DNA from: a virus
Length of the DNA: 64,000 nucleotides
Virus record (IMG/VR): IMGVR_UViG_3300025849_000009
Direction: 5' to 3' (one strand)
The notes under the pieces are model-generated. The model did no database searches. It was not told where the DNA came from and saw only the letters and a list, made by a program, of their open reading frames with translations. Positions within the stretch are counted from its first letter, which is position 1. The number at the start of each line of letters is the position of its first letter. The position numbers and the translations under genes were made by a program. Positions 46,732 to 58,600 of the stretch are shown here, one piece after another.

Positions 46732-48795
46732 TTATTTCTTAAATTTACCAGACATGATCATATTCTCATCAATGCCATTATTAACACTAATATAAAACTT
46801 ATTGTTTTTCATACCTCTAATAGTATTAGCATTAGCTTCGCTTATTTTAAACAAAACTTCACCTTCACCCATATCAATATCCTTGTTTGATATATGATTA
46901 AATTTTAATTTTTGTTTTCCATCGCCAAATGTTAATATTACATTTTCAGCATTTGTAAAAGAAATAAATTCAACATCATCACCCTTTCTTTTAGCAATCA
47001 CAAATTTGTAATATGAAGTAAATGGTGGTATGTCAATATTTAGTTTTGTTTCATTTACAAATTCAGAAGTATCTACCTCGGTAATACTCTGTGTCATTAT
47101 ATTTTCATTAGAAGAATCAAACACTATTTTTGATTTTGATGCAATAACGTTATGCCTCTCTATAAACGTAGGAACATACTTTATACTTTTAGGTAAGTTG
47201 TCTGTAAATATTCCTTCTATAATTTTATTGGAAGATAATTCAGGCAAAACATTATAAACTTCAGTCAACTGATTTGGGGAATTAATTTTTAATTTATTTA
47301 ATCTTTTACCATATTTTGCAGCTTGTGTTAAAGTTAAACTAGCTCTTTTTACTATTTGTGTATTATCAGTTTGATTCCAAATTCTCATAGTTACATCTAC
47401 TGAAAAACTAGAAGCAGTATTACTATTGATAATTACTGGCCTAAAAACAATAGGTGTATTGAAATCTTCATATTGTGTATATGATGTTTGGAATGTTTTA
47501 ACATCAACGCCCCCTATAGTTTCGAAAATATCAACATCAAACATTACAACTATATCATCTGAAGTTTTAGTTATTTGATTTAGTATGTATGCTTCAAATG
47601 CACCTATAGAATTATCTTTTTCTCCATATATTTTAAAGTAATCGCCATCAGTAGCATCTTCTACTACCACGGTAAAATCTTGAAATTCATCTTCTCTAGA
47701 AATAGTAAAACTATTCTCTTCACCCGTAAGGAAATAATCAAATCCATTAATAGTTTGTAGCGTATCTATTAACTTAAATGTCATTTCATAATTAGAAGTT
47801 GGATCTAAATCACTAGAGCCTGCGCTTCCATCTCCATAAAATAAATCATTAAATTCTTCATTCTGTTCCACAAGAGTAGGAACTTTAATATCAATAAATT
47901 TACTATATAATGTCTCACCTAAAATAAAAGGCTTGGGATTAGCATATTCGTAGTTACTGGTATTTAAGTATACTAACTGTGTTAAATTGTTTCTAACACC
48001 TGAATTTCTTTTAGTTGCTATTTCAAATAAAAACCCTTCATATCCCCTAGCAGCAAAACTATACCCACTTCTAAGGTGTAATCTAATACTATCATATTTG
48101 ATATAATTAATATTTGCAGTTGCATTGGTTTGGCTATTTAAAAGATCGGTTTCATTTCCACCTGACCAATCAACATTATTATTAACGTAATTAAACATTT
48201 CATAATCTCCCGTTGAATCATAACCCAATAGAGCATATTTAGTACCAGTAGTACCAGACTTTACAGCATGATATCTTCCAATAGTTTGATTAATATCATT
48301 ACCAGTATTTTCATCTGGATTTGCAAATAATGGATTTGCTCTTGTGTCTACTATTATTTTACCTCCAATTAAACCTTCATAAGAATATTCTATTATTCCA
48401 TTTTGATTAGGTGTAAATTGTGCAATCTTAGTTACATCAGAATAAGAGTATATTCCTAAAGCTCCGCTGATTTCAAACAAACTAGGATCTGTTAATAAAC
48501 TTAAATTAAATTTATAAGTTTTTCCGTTTTGTAAAAGTAAAGTTCTTGATGCAAAGTTTTCAACCGATAAATATCCTGAAGTTTCTGTTATATCAAAGTT
48601 TACAACAGCACTACCCAACTCATTGATCAAGTGCCTTTTTTCTGAAGTAACTCCTTTTACAGTATCTAGGAATTTTACCTCACTGCCATTATCGTCCACC
48701 TCTATTTGATACTTAGAAGGATTTCCTTGATCATGATAAATGAATTCTAATAAAATATCAGAATCTAAATAAAAATATCTTGATGATTGTGCCAT
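46732..48795 (-). CDS. Hypothetical structural protein (baseplate/tail region)
   Basis: 687 aa, beta-rich, inside the structural operon. Confidence 0.5.
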   Translation of the reverse strand: MAQSSRYFYLDSDILLEFIYHDQGNPSKYQIEVDDNGSEVKFLDTVKGVTSEKRHLINELGSAVVNFDITETSGYLSVENFASRTLLLQNGKTYKFNLSLLTDPSLFEISGALGIYSYSDVTKIAQFTPNQNGIIEYSYEGLIGGKIIVDTRANPLFANPDENTGNDINQTIGRYHAVKSGTTGTKYALLGYDSTGDYEMFNYVNNNVDWSGGNETDLLNSQTNATANINYIKYDSIRLHLRSGYSFAARGYEGFLFEIATKRNSGVRNNLTQLVYLNTSNYEYANPKPFILGETLYSKFIDIKVPTLVEQNEEFNDLFYGDGSAGSSDLDPTSNYEMTFKLIDTLQTINGFDYFLTGEENSFTISREDEFQDFTVVVEDATDGDYFKIYGEKDNSIGAFEAYILNQITKTSDDIVVMFDVDIFETIGGVDVKTFQTSYTQYEDFNTPIVFRPVIINSNTASSFSVDVTMRIWNQTDNTQIVKRASLTLTQAAKYGKRLNKLKINSPNQLTEVYNVLPELSSNKIIEGIFTDNLPKSIKYVPTFIERHNVIASKSKIVFDSSNENIMTQSITEVDTSEFVNETKLNIDIPPFTSYYKFVIAKRKGDDVEFISFTNAENVILTFGDGKQKLKFNHISNKDIDMGEGEVLFKISEANANTIRGMKNNKFYISVNNGIDENMIMSGKFKK

Positions 48796-48809
48796 TTAAT
48801 TATTTTATT

Positions 48810-49613
48810 TTAAAACCTTAAAAATTTAGGTGAGTAATATAATCCTATCCCAATAGAGGGTCCAGTACTAATCACTTGATTATTATTTAAATTAATTCCA
48901 TACCCAACGCCAAATCCAATGGCCCATCCACCTTTCTTTTGACTTTTCCTGTTTAATCTCGTGTTAATTAAGTTAATATTTTCTATATCTTTAATTTCTA
49001 GACCCGGATACGTAGTACTTAATTTAAGCCTATCTGCACCGTCAACATTTTCTATTGCTGCCATTAAACTTAGTGTTTGTGTTAATTCAAATTTACTATC
49101 TAAAACCTTGAACTGACCAAAATCATATTTTAAAGTTGATTTTCCAAATAAACTCCTGCTGTTACCATTACCATAATCCTTAAATGATTCGTATTTAACT
49201 TCAGCAGTTGTAGAATCTATTTGAGTTACACTTGCATTTGCTAATAAGCTATCTTTAATTTCTAACTCAGCAGAAATTAAAGAGTTTACATCACTTAAAT
49301 CTTCATTTAAATCTAAAGCATTTTTATACTTTTTTGTCATTTTAATAAGATTATTGTCTTTAATAGATAAATCTACTTTAAATGACCTGATCTGTGCTAA
49401 TTGATCTCCGTTGTCATTTCTTAAAATAGAAATAGAATCTTGAGATGCCTTTAAATTATTTAAAGATATGTTAGCGTCTTCCCTTGCATATTTAACATCT
49501 TGTTTTAAAGAAGATATACTATCACATTGTTTTAAAAACATTAAAACGAAAAGAGCACCCAACACAAAAGTGAGGGTGTTCTTATTACTTATTACTTTAT
49601 TTAAAAAACTCAT
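48810..49613 (-). CDS. Membrane-anchored coiled-coil protein with a C-terminal aromatic/Gly beta-hairpin (spanin-like candidate)
   Basis: N-terminal TM ending KQC, coiled coil, WAIGFGVGYG...IGIGLYYSPKFLRF. Confidence 0.5.
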   Translation of the reverse strand: MSFLNKVISNKNTLTFVLGALFVLMFLKQCDSISSLKQDVKYAREDANISLNNLKASQDSISILRNDNGDQLAQIRSFKVDLSIKDNNLIKMTKKYKNALDLNEDLSDVNSLISAELEIKDSLLANASVTQIDSTTAEVKYESFKDYGNGNSRSLFGKSTLKYDFGQFKVLDSKFELTQTLSLMAAIENVDGADRLKLSTTYPGLEIKDIENINLINTRLNRKSQKKGGWAIGFGVGYGINLNNNQVISTGPSIGIGLYYSPKFLRF

Positions 49614-49624
49614 ATTTAACTTTA

Positions 49625-51184
49625 TTAGTATATGCCTTCGTCTCCAAATTCGTCGTCGCCGGTCCCTTCAGAATCTTTTTCAAGATCTTCAACATTGTGT
49701 ACAACTATACCATTTGCAAAGTATAAATCACATTCTTCAACATTGAACGAATAGGTTGTAAATCTTTCAGGAACTGTTACCAGTTCTATAGATGTAATAT
49801 CTACCCATATATTGTCTTCGTTTAACAGCCAATCTGAATTAACAATATCTCTCACTTGTTTAAAGTAAATATCGCCTACCATGTCTTTTACTAGAACTGG
49901 ATGCTCTTCTGTTATTTTTAATAATCCATTATTAAAGTTGTAATATTTATCAAAATCCAAGACATTGATGCCTGTAACGACAGTGCTTGTATATTCAGGT
50001 TCTAGAGTTTCTTCTCTTCTTTTCCATTCTTGCCATTCTCCGTCCAAACTAAATCCATCGAAGTTAATAGATAATAGGTCATCCCCTATAACTATATTCT
50101 CTACCGCTTTAGTTTCTCCATTGGCTAATGTAAGTAATTCTCCAGCTACGTGACATCCGCCACCGCCACCGCCACCAAAGCCGCCGCCACATAATGCAGG
50201 GCTATCGTATGTACAGTCAAATGGTGTTTGTGAATCACCTATATACTGAGTACCAGTAAATTCGTAAATTGTTCCGGATTGGTTAGGGCAATTAGTAGTT
50301 CCAGCAATCTTGTTTGATAGAATATTAACACTTCTTAAAATTTTAGCTGTACCTCCATCACATGGCGTAGCTGATCTAAAATAAAAAGTTTGTGATGTTG
50401 CAGATGGAACTGGTGTCGGCATCGCAGTTGGAGCTGGCCCTGAGCCACTTCCACTTCCACTAGTTGGAGATGGAGCCGGAGTTGGGGTTCTATTGCTTCC
50501 CGAATTAGCTTCGAGTACACAGTACCATGTGTCGGATGTGCCATAAGGTGCATTTACAGTACAGTCAACATTCATATTACTTACAGGTGAAAAAGTTTTA
50601 GTAAACCTATACGTTCCACTAAATACATTAGAGTCTTGTGTTACAGTTGGACCAGATAAGTTTGTTCCACTAACACCCGTAGTACTAAAATTACTAGGTG
50701 CCGCTGGACTAGTCTGACCATCAGCTACAATTGTATATGCTACATCAGCACCAAGTGACTGAGGTGTAAATACAAATCTATTACCAGATGTTGTATTAGT
50801 TGCGAACGTGAACGCTGGGGTTGGACCTAACGTTGGTTGTGCTGTTGGAACTGGGGTTGGTTGTGCTGTTGGAACTGGGGTTGGTTGTGCTGTTGGAACT
50901 GGCGTTGCAGTCGGAACCGAAGTTGGGACTGGCGTTGCAGTCGGATCAGGTACACCCGCACCTTCAGCTTGATTTACAGTAATAGTGTCAACCGTTGTTG
51001 AATTAGCATGTCTAACAGTGAGTGTTGCGCTTCGCGCAGCACCGTTGTTTTGTTCTAGTGTAATTGTCCAGTCGTCAGAGTTAACAGAAACTCTTGTTAT
51101 AGTAATCCAATTAGGAGTAGCATCCCATGAATAGGATGTACTTACTGGTGTAATTGAGACAGTTCTTGTATAATCGTAGCTCAT
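49625..51184 (-). CDS. BACON-like domain, PT linkers and a C-terminal Hint (intein-like) domain
   Basis: WITI..NNGAARSATLTV; G-rich linker then CHVAG...TEEHPV...YFANGIVVHN. Confidence 0.8.
   Translation of the reverse strand: MSYDYTRTVSITPVSTSYSWDATPNWITITRVSVNSDDWTITLEQNNGAARSATLTVRHANSTTVDTITVNQAEGAGVPDPTATPVPTSVPTATPVPTAQPTPVPTAQPTPVPTAQPTLGPTPAFTFATNTTSGNRFVFTPQSLGADVAYTIVADGQTSPAAPSNFSTTGVSGTNLSGPTVTQDSNVFSGTYRFTKTFSPVSNMNVDCTVNAPYGTSDTWYCVLEANSGSNRTPTPAPSPTSGSGSGSGPAPTAMPTPVPSATSQTFYFRSATPCDGGTAKILRSVNILSNKIAGTTNCPNQSGTIYEFTGTQYIGDSQTPFDCTYDSPALCGGGFGGGGGGGCHVAGELLTLANGETKAVENIVIGDDLLSINFDGFSLDGEWQEWKRREETLEPEYTSTVVTGINVLDFDKYYNFNNGLLKITEEHPVLVKDMVGDIYFKQVRDIVNSDWLLNEDNIWVDITSIELVTVPERFTTYSFNVEECDLYFANGIVVHNVEDLEKDSEGTGDDEFGDEGIY
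50832..50902. repeat. 24-bp tandem repeat x3 (PVPTAQPT)
   Basis: gttggttgtgctgttggaactggg. Confidence 0.85.
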
Positions 51185-51202
51185 TGTTTTGTTTATTTTT
51201 TA

Positions 51203-51210
51203 TATATATC
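51203..51210 (-). promoter_or_regulatory. Putative late promoter GATATATA
   Basis: Upstream of the BACON-Hint gene. Confidence 0.65.
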
Positions 51211-51231
51211 TTACTTATCGTGTTTGTACTT

Positions 51232-52623
51232 TTAATAGTTTAAAAATCCTGTTCCAGTTCCTGAACTAGTTCCTCCACTTCCACCTGATTGAGATGGTGT
51301 TGGTTGTGCTGTTGGAATTGGACCATCACCTGTTCCTGAACCTGTTCCCGAACCTGTTCCGCTAGTCGGGACAGGTGTTGGTTGTGCTGTTGGAATTGGA
51401 CCATCACCTGTTCCTGAACCTGTTCCCGAACCTGTTCCGCTAGTCGGGACAGGTGTTGGTTGTGCTGTTGGAATTGGACCTGAACCACTTCCACTTCCAC
51501 TAGTTGGAACTGGTGTTGGCTGTGCCGTTGGAACTGGCGTTGGTTGTGCTGTTGGACTTGGACCTGAACCACTTCCACTTCCACTAGTTGGAACTGGGGT
51601 TGGTTGTGCTGTTGGAACTGGGGTTGCAGTCGGATCAGGTACATTTGAATTTGGTGACCCGTCACTGTTTGCATCAATGTCTCCACCTCCAATAGAAATG
51701 GTGTCAGTTATTACTGGACTTCCATCAGCATATGCATTAATGTCTCCGCCTATAATTCCAATACTATCTGCTACTCCGCTACCACAATCTGTACATAATT
51801 CTCTCCATTCCGGTGAACCACCATTATAATAATAAGCTTCAGCAATATCTAAATCACTATTAAATCTTATCATACCTACTTGTGGATTTACTGGTCTTTG
51901 TCCAGTTCCACCATAAGGCAATCTTACATAACCTTTAAATTCGGCATTTATATCTACATCTAATATACCACTACCTGAAGCTTCTAAACTAAGGTTGTTT
52001 GATCCAGTCGTTTTAATTGCTACACCTTCACCTTGAAAATATGCATTAGAACTAGTAGCAACCAAAGATATTTTATTGGTAGTTGCACCAAACTCTATAT
52101 TATTACTACCAAAATTATTTTTAAAAGCAAATCTTTTATAAGCTCCGCTTTCTTCACTAGTTAATACTAAACCATGAATTGAGTCATGAAACAATTTTAG
52201 ATAATTTGCAAAAACACTATCAGTTGCTATTGTCAATCTTGCATTTGATGAAACATCGCCGTCATTAGAATCTTCTTCAAATGTAGAATCTCCTAGCCAA
52301 ATTATAGGAAGTTGTAAATCAGTTCCTCTTTTAGGTTTTAGAATAGTAACCTCATTTTGTCCATCTGAATTAGCATCTAATTCAACTTTGTACCATGGAC
52401 TATCAGTTGCTCCTGAATCTCCTTTTAGACCAGTATTACCAATCTCACCTTTTTCACCTTTTTGTCCTGTAGAACCAACTTGACCTTGATCTCCTTTTTG
52501 CCCTTTAGGACCAACAGGTCCACCTCCGTTTGCCAATATCTGGTCAAAGTTATAGTTGATTTTTTCAAACTTAATAGAGTCTGAATCACTCGGGTGTAGT
52601 ATCTCTTGAATGTTAATTGCCAT
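51232..52623 (-). CDS. Tail fibre-like protein with collagen repeat and PT/GS-rich tail
   Basis: KINYNF, (GXY)n, LPYGGTGQRP..GMIRFN, PTAQPTPVPT repeats. Confidence 0.7.
   Translation of the reverse strand: MAINIQEILHPSDSDSIKFEKINYNFDQILANGGGPVGPKGQKGDQGQVGSTGQKGEKGEIGNTGLKGDSGATDSPWYKVELDANSDGQNEVTILKPKRGTDLQLPIIWLGDSTFEEDSNDGDVSSNARLTIATDSVFANYLKLFHDSIHGLVLTSEESGAYKRFAFKNNFGSNNIEFGATTNKISLVATSSNAYFQGEGVAIKTTGSNNLSLEASGSGILDVDINAEFKGYVRLPYGGTGQRPVNPQVGMIRFNSDLDIAEAYYYNGGSPEWRELCTDCGSGVADSIGIIGGDINAYADGSPVITDTISIGGGDIDANSDGSPNSNVPDPTATPVPTAQPTPVPTSGSGSGSGPSPTAQPTPVPTAQPTPVPTSGSGSGSGPIPTAQPTPVPTSGTGSGTGSGTGDGPIPTAQPTPVPTSGTGSGTGSGTGDGPIPTAQPTPSQSGGSGGTSSGTGTGFLNY
51296..51480. repeat. 78-bp tandem repeat (~2.4 copies)
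   Basis: Units start at 51296, 51374 and 51452. Confidence 0.85.
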
Positions 52624-52624
52624 T

Positions 52625-55600
52625 TTATGACTTTATTTTTATCATAGGTTTAATGTCGTAAGAATATCCTAATCTTTTATTATATATCAATCTAAAATTC
52701 ATAGGCTTTTGTTTATGAGATTTAAATCTAAAATTATTATCCGGTGTAAATCCACCAGCACGAATATCTTCATATATGTTTATTATCGATGAAGGTCTTC
52801 CTTTAAAATCCCTGGTATACAGCGATATAGAATCTACCACAAATTTTTCAATAATATTATTATTAATATAGAAGTTTGCATCATCAACTAACGTTGTTTT
52901 ATCTCCAGCTGAATCTTCAACATTCACATATTTATTTATTACATCAAACACTCCGTCATTTCTTAGCAACCTAGTGGCAGCATCAGTAATATAAAAATCT
53001 GCAACTATTTGTTTTTCATCCTCAAACATAGTTACTTCAGTTTTATTTATACCATTCTTTAAAATAAAATCTAAGTCTTCTTGGCTGTCTACACTCTGAT
53101 ATGTAAAAGAAGTAATGTCATACTCATTTTTAATTTTCATCGCGGTAGATCCAAGATAAGATTTTTCTTCAGTGTTATCTAGCGTTCCCGGTATATCCTC
53201 TGATTTACCACCAGATAGTGCCCTAGTGTAATAATTTGCATCCCACGAAGATCTAAATACATTCACATCTTTTTTAGAAATAGCAATTTCATTAATAAGT
53301 GGATATAATGGTAATTTATCGGAAGACTCTGATAGTTTAGTGATACCGTTTGGATTTATTTCATTTACCTTGTGATAAAAATGATTTTTTATAATACCCC
53401 AACTAGAATCATGGATGTTGTTGTCTATGATAAGTCCCACATTAAATGTAGTACCACATCTATTATATCTGTTATAATATGATTTAGCAGTTTTTAATTC
53501 ATATGAATCATTCATAGCATGCCTGTATAAAAATGACTCAAATTGAGCTTCTCTATTGTCTACTGTAGCCTGTACTCTATTAGATTTAAAATGAGTATAC
53601 ATATCAGTAAATGTAACAACAGGTTTAAATCCTACGGTATATGATCCACTGTGTCTTATTAAGAATGGATAATATTCTGCATCATTTGATTTAATCAAAT
53701 TATAACCAATAATACCTTTAAATAATTTAAAACTCTTTGGTTTATCATTATCTTCTTCTACAGAAAGGGTCGCATATTTTATAATTTCATTTCCATCTTC
53801 AAAATTAATAGTAAACCTATTTGTGTTTATTTCTCCATCTTCCTCTATTGTAGTATATTTAACACTATCATCATTTAAGTTTATCATTTCTGCAACACTA
53901 TTAATAGATAGTTTTTCTAAAAGAACTTTGTGTATATTTGTTCCACCATCTTTATAGTAATATTTTATTTTACTTTGTAAATAGTTGGGTAAAAACTCTA
54001 CATCTAGAATATCAGATGGATCATTCACATTTACAGGTTTCCCTTGTACTTTAATAATATTATCACCTTCTACAGTGTAAATTGAAAACTTATAAATTGT
54101 ATTTCCAGGAGTTTCAGGATATAAGTCCATTAAAACATCACCATATAATCCATTTTCTCCTAATAAAATTTGATCATCGAAATTAGGCATACTTCCGTCA
54201 ATATGAGGAATACCTTCTATTGTAAATGGTAATTCCCCTGAAAAATCAGCTTGGTTCCAATTTAGCGCACCATCAAACGAAGTGTTGGCATAAATATAAT
54301 CTTCACCCGCATGATCATATACGATTTTGTGATTTAATTCATATAATAGTTTTCTATTCATGTTTCCTTTCACCCAATAATCGCTAAGATTCATTGTAAT
54401 AAAAAAGATTACATACTTAAACTTCTTGTTTTGAATAACTTCAAATTCTATATCATTTGTTTCAGTGTCAGTATTTGTTTTTAATAAAATACTAAATTTA
54501 TAACCATTAAATTCACTACTTTTAACAAAATCAAGTGCAGTTTTATTTGCAAATTCTTTTCTATTTTTTAATACAACTTTTAAACCTTTGAATATAGTGT
54601 TAGCAAAAGCATTTGTATCACCGCCATCTATCAATGTATATTTTTTCTTTAATTCTGTTTTAAAGAACGTATTATTAATATCATCAGGGTTTAAATAACC
54701 CTCTGTGTATTCTCCGAATTTTTGAAATATAGATTCTAAATCTTCCTGATTTAGATTTTTTTCAAATCCTTCAGAAATCATAAATTTATCAAAATAATTA
54801 TTTTTAGTACTTTTGAATAAATCAGATGTTAATTCAAAATCTTCAATAAAGTTTACATATGAAAAACCTTGGTTTAATTCGTCGTATCTTAAATACTTTG
54901 GATTTTTATCCATGTAAAACCATTCATGTGTCATGTCATTTTTATTACGACCAATTGCACTTAAATCAGGGGAGAAATTAGTTCTACCAAACGCTTCGTT
55001 AGTATTTAAGTAGTATGGTTGTTCTTTAACATTTAATGAATCTTTTAGAACCCACTTGTTAATATTAGGAACAACTCTAGATTTAGTAGCAAATTCTTTT
55101 AATTCGTTTTCTTTTAATCTATCAAATTCACTTGTAATATTTTCAGATAATTCTTCGTCGATAGTTTCTTCAGATAATATTCCGGATAAATTAGAAAAAT
55201 AATCAACAGGTTCTAGTGCATAATTATCATCAAATATGTCACTGGCAGCTAATATTGAATTAAATTCAGATGTGATTGGATCTATATTTAATATAGCGCT
55301 TTCATATGGTTCGTAATTTATATTGCTTCTTGTTTCTAAAGAAAGTTCCTTTAAATTAGAATTTGAAGTGTCATAAAAATCAAAGTCCATGTCATATAGA
55401 TCATACACCGAGAACAAACCAACATGTACTATATTGTTATTAAAGACCCTTGCTTCTCCGTCATTAATATCTGAATCTAAAGACAATATTATTTTAGATC
55501 TAGTAGAGTTAACAGAATCAATATCTTCGACAATATCTAAAACTTTGTTGTAAATACCTTTATAATTAGTTTCTAAATAATCACCAACTGATATTTCACT

Positions 55601-58600
55601 TAAAGTTGTATTATCAACAAACACTGATCTGTTACGAGTGTTACCTCCATTTAAATAATGAGCTCTCCAATTTTCTTTTATAGAATTGGCACCTTTTTTG
55701 AGGTTTAATATATTATTTAAATCTTCATTTTCTACTTTAATAAAATCAGTAACATTCTCTTTGTTTACCAATACAACATGTTGTTTTAGTCTATATCCAG
55801 GTACATTTGTTTTTACAAAAACATCTGACCCTACATTATATGACTCTAATTCACCTTCATCGTTTTGTATCGCAGACGCCAACGCGGATGCTATATCTCC
55901 AGTAGTTCCTTGATTAGAAAATTGTTGTCCTTTATAAGTTCCTTTTGGTAGTGTATAATTAGAAACATATGTTCTATCTTGTAAATTAACATTAGATTGG
56001 AGTTGATCAACTCTAACAATAGAACTGATTGCACCTACAACTCTCATATTAAGATTGCCTAGATTTGTTTTAATTTCAGTTATATTTACAGACTTAGTAT
56101 TATAATCAAAAGTAATGTTTAAGTTTGCATCTTTTGGTGCAGCTATAATGTTAGCTACGGTAGTTTCAAAATCAACACCTAATTCTATATCATTATCGAA
56201 CAAATCAGATTCGATACCATCTTCTTCTATTTTAATATTAATTAATTCTCCAGGTGCGTGTTTAATAAACGTAAACTTATATGATTCTTCTCTTGATTCT
56301 AATACAGCTATTTTATCAGCACTATCAGGTGCACCTGTTATTGTCATTTTAACAAAATCAAAACCTTGATCTTCATTTCTAGTTAAATTAACAGATCTAC
56401 CAACATGAGAAATACCTATGGTTTTTGATATAACTTCATTGTTGCCGTCTACTTTAACTTCTAATTTTGAAGGATTGTAAAAACCAGAGTTTGATATCTT
56501 ATAAAAAATATCATTTATCTTTACATAACCTAAAGTCGGTGATGTAGACATTTGTTTATAACTAGGAATTGCCGTAATTGAATTTGTACTATCAATTAAT
56601 GAATCAATTTTACCAAAAGTAATTACATTGTTACTAACAGAATTAATTTCACCTACACCAGAATCCACAGTATCAACATATAATCCAAAATATCTACTAA
56701 CACTATAATCAGACCCTTCGTTATCGTCAAATAAGAATTCCAAATTCAATATATTAGCACATAACATGTCATTTCTTTTAAAACCATCGGTTATAAAATC
56801 ATTGGCCTCAATAAGGGGTTTGTCAGTTTCTACAAAATCTTTGTAAATGTATTCACCCTTGCTAGTTAATTCACCTGATTTTAAATCTATACCATTATAA
56901 TTAGTATTTTCATTTTTGTTAAACGAAACAGTTAACGGTGCTTTAGGGAAAGTTTCTTGTTGAACATGAGATCTAATATATTTTCCTAAATCTGAATCTT
57001 TTGATAAATCAAATGATTTAATTATCTCAGCATTTTTTAACATGCTGGAAATTCTATCAGCGTTGCTACTATTCGTATGAGTAGAATCCAATAAACTAGG
57101 ATCTTTTACTTTAAATATTACAAAATTATTTGGCATATTATTATCTGCCCATATAGGTGCAAACATTTTATAACTCTCATCATAATTTTTAGAATAATTA
57201 TAAGTAGTTCCATATTGATATTCCTCTTCTACTTGTTTATTATAAGAATCATGTACCGTTAAATCAGAATTAACTCTTTTTGTTAAGTATATTAAATCAG
57301 ATGGAGTTCCAGTAGCTCTAAAAAAAGAAGATACGTCTTTGGCATAATTTCCATTTGGATTAATAGGATTTTTTTTATATTTTATTCCCGCTAATTTTTC
57401 ACTGGCGCTTATACTCTCCAAATATACCGTACCACTAGAATCTGTAACTATTTTTATATTTCCAGATAATTTAGGATTAGTTCTTAATAAAGGCTTGGCG
57501 ACATTATCTAGTTTATAATTAGTTTCCGTGTTAAAATTTGGACCAGCTTTAACAGAATCATAACCACTAACGAATGGAAACGTATATGTTTTATTAATTT
57601 CAATTTCACTACCAAGAACGCATGGTGCACCATTATTTTCATAAATGTTAATAGTCTCTTCGCTACTAAAACCTAGTTCAATTCCACTAGAAACAACGGG
57701 CCTTATTTTAGAATCATTAAAATTATTTTTTAGTAATAACACGGCATCATCTATGTCTTCTGCAATAATTCTAGAAACATATGATAAACATTCTCCAGTG
57801 TTGTTAGACACAACTACATTTCCTATCGTTAAATCATCTATAAAATCTTTTATGTGACTGCCCGTGTCTCCTGATGTATTTGTATGTAGACCATCTATTA
57901 CATAGACTGGCCAAAATATATCTTCAGTTGTATAACCACCATCTGGCCCTTCGGGTCCTTCGATTTCAGGAGTATAAGAATAGAATGCATAAAAGTTATT
58001 ATTAGCAGAGTCACCTTCAATAAGATCTGAAATATTAATGTCAGGCCTATTATTATATGTTGAACAAGAACCCAGTTCAAAAATATTATTTCCAACCGCT
58101 AACTTATTATTGACATCATAACCATACCAATTTAAATTTTTACCATCACCTAAATTATCCCATGCTAAATATTCATCGCTGTTTCCTACTGCGAATATAT
58201 TTGATTCAAATAAATCCAATGGATCCTGTCCTTGTGCACCTAAACTAGATTTGTATATTGCAATATTTGATTTTCCTAATTCTAACAAGGTAGTAATAGC
58301 AGGCGCACCCACATCTCTACTAAACCATAAAACAACGTCTTCGAGTTCACCAGAATATTGTCCTGTACAAAATTCATTTAAATTTGGATCATCAAAGTTT
58401 GGTAAATATTGAACAATAATTTGTTTTATTTCTTGTGCAACTTCTTTTTCACACTCAAACTCAAATCCAGCTGGTTCATTGTTGTTTTCTCCCCATGTGT
58501 TATTAGATGATCTTTTATAAAATACATCTAAAGCAATATCGGTATCTCCATAAACTCCGCTTTCTATTGAGCTCTGTACTACATTAGTGATAGTGAATAA

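Noticed and set aside
49694-50155. Canonical mobile intein
   Set aside because: No homing endonuclease, and the residue after HN is Val
51240-51692. Gln-rich 150-aa ORF (also 50335-50553)
   Set aside because: Alternative-frame reading of the PT/GS repeats
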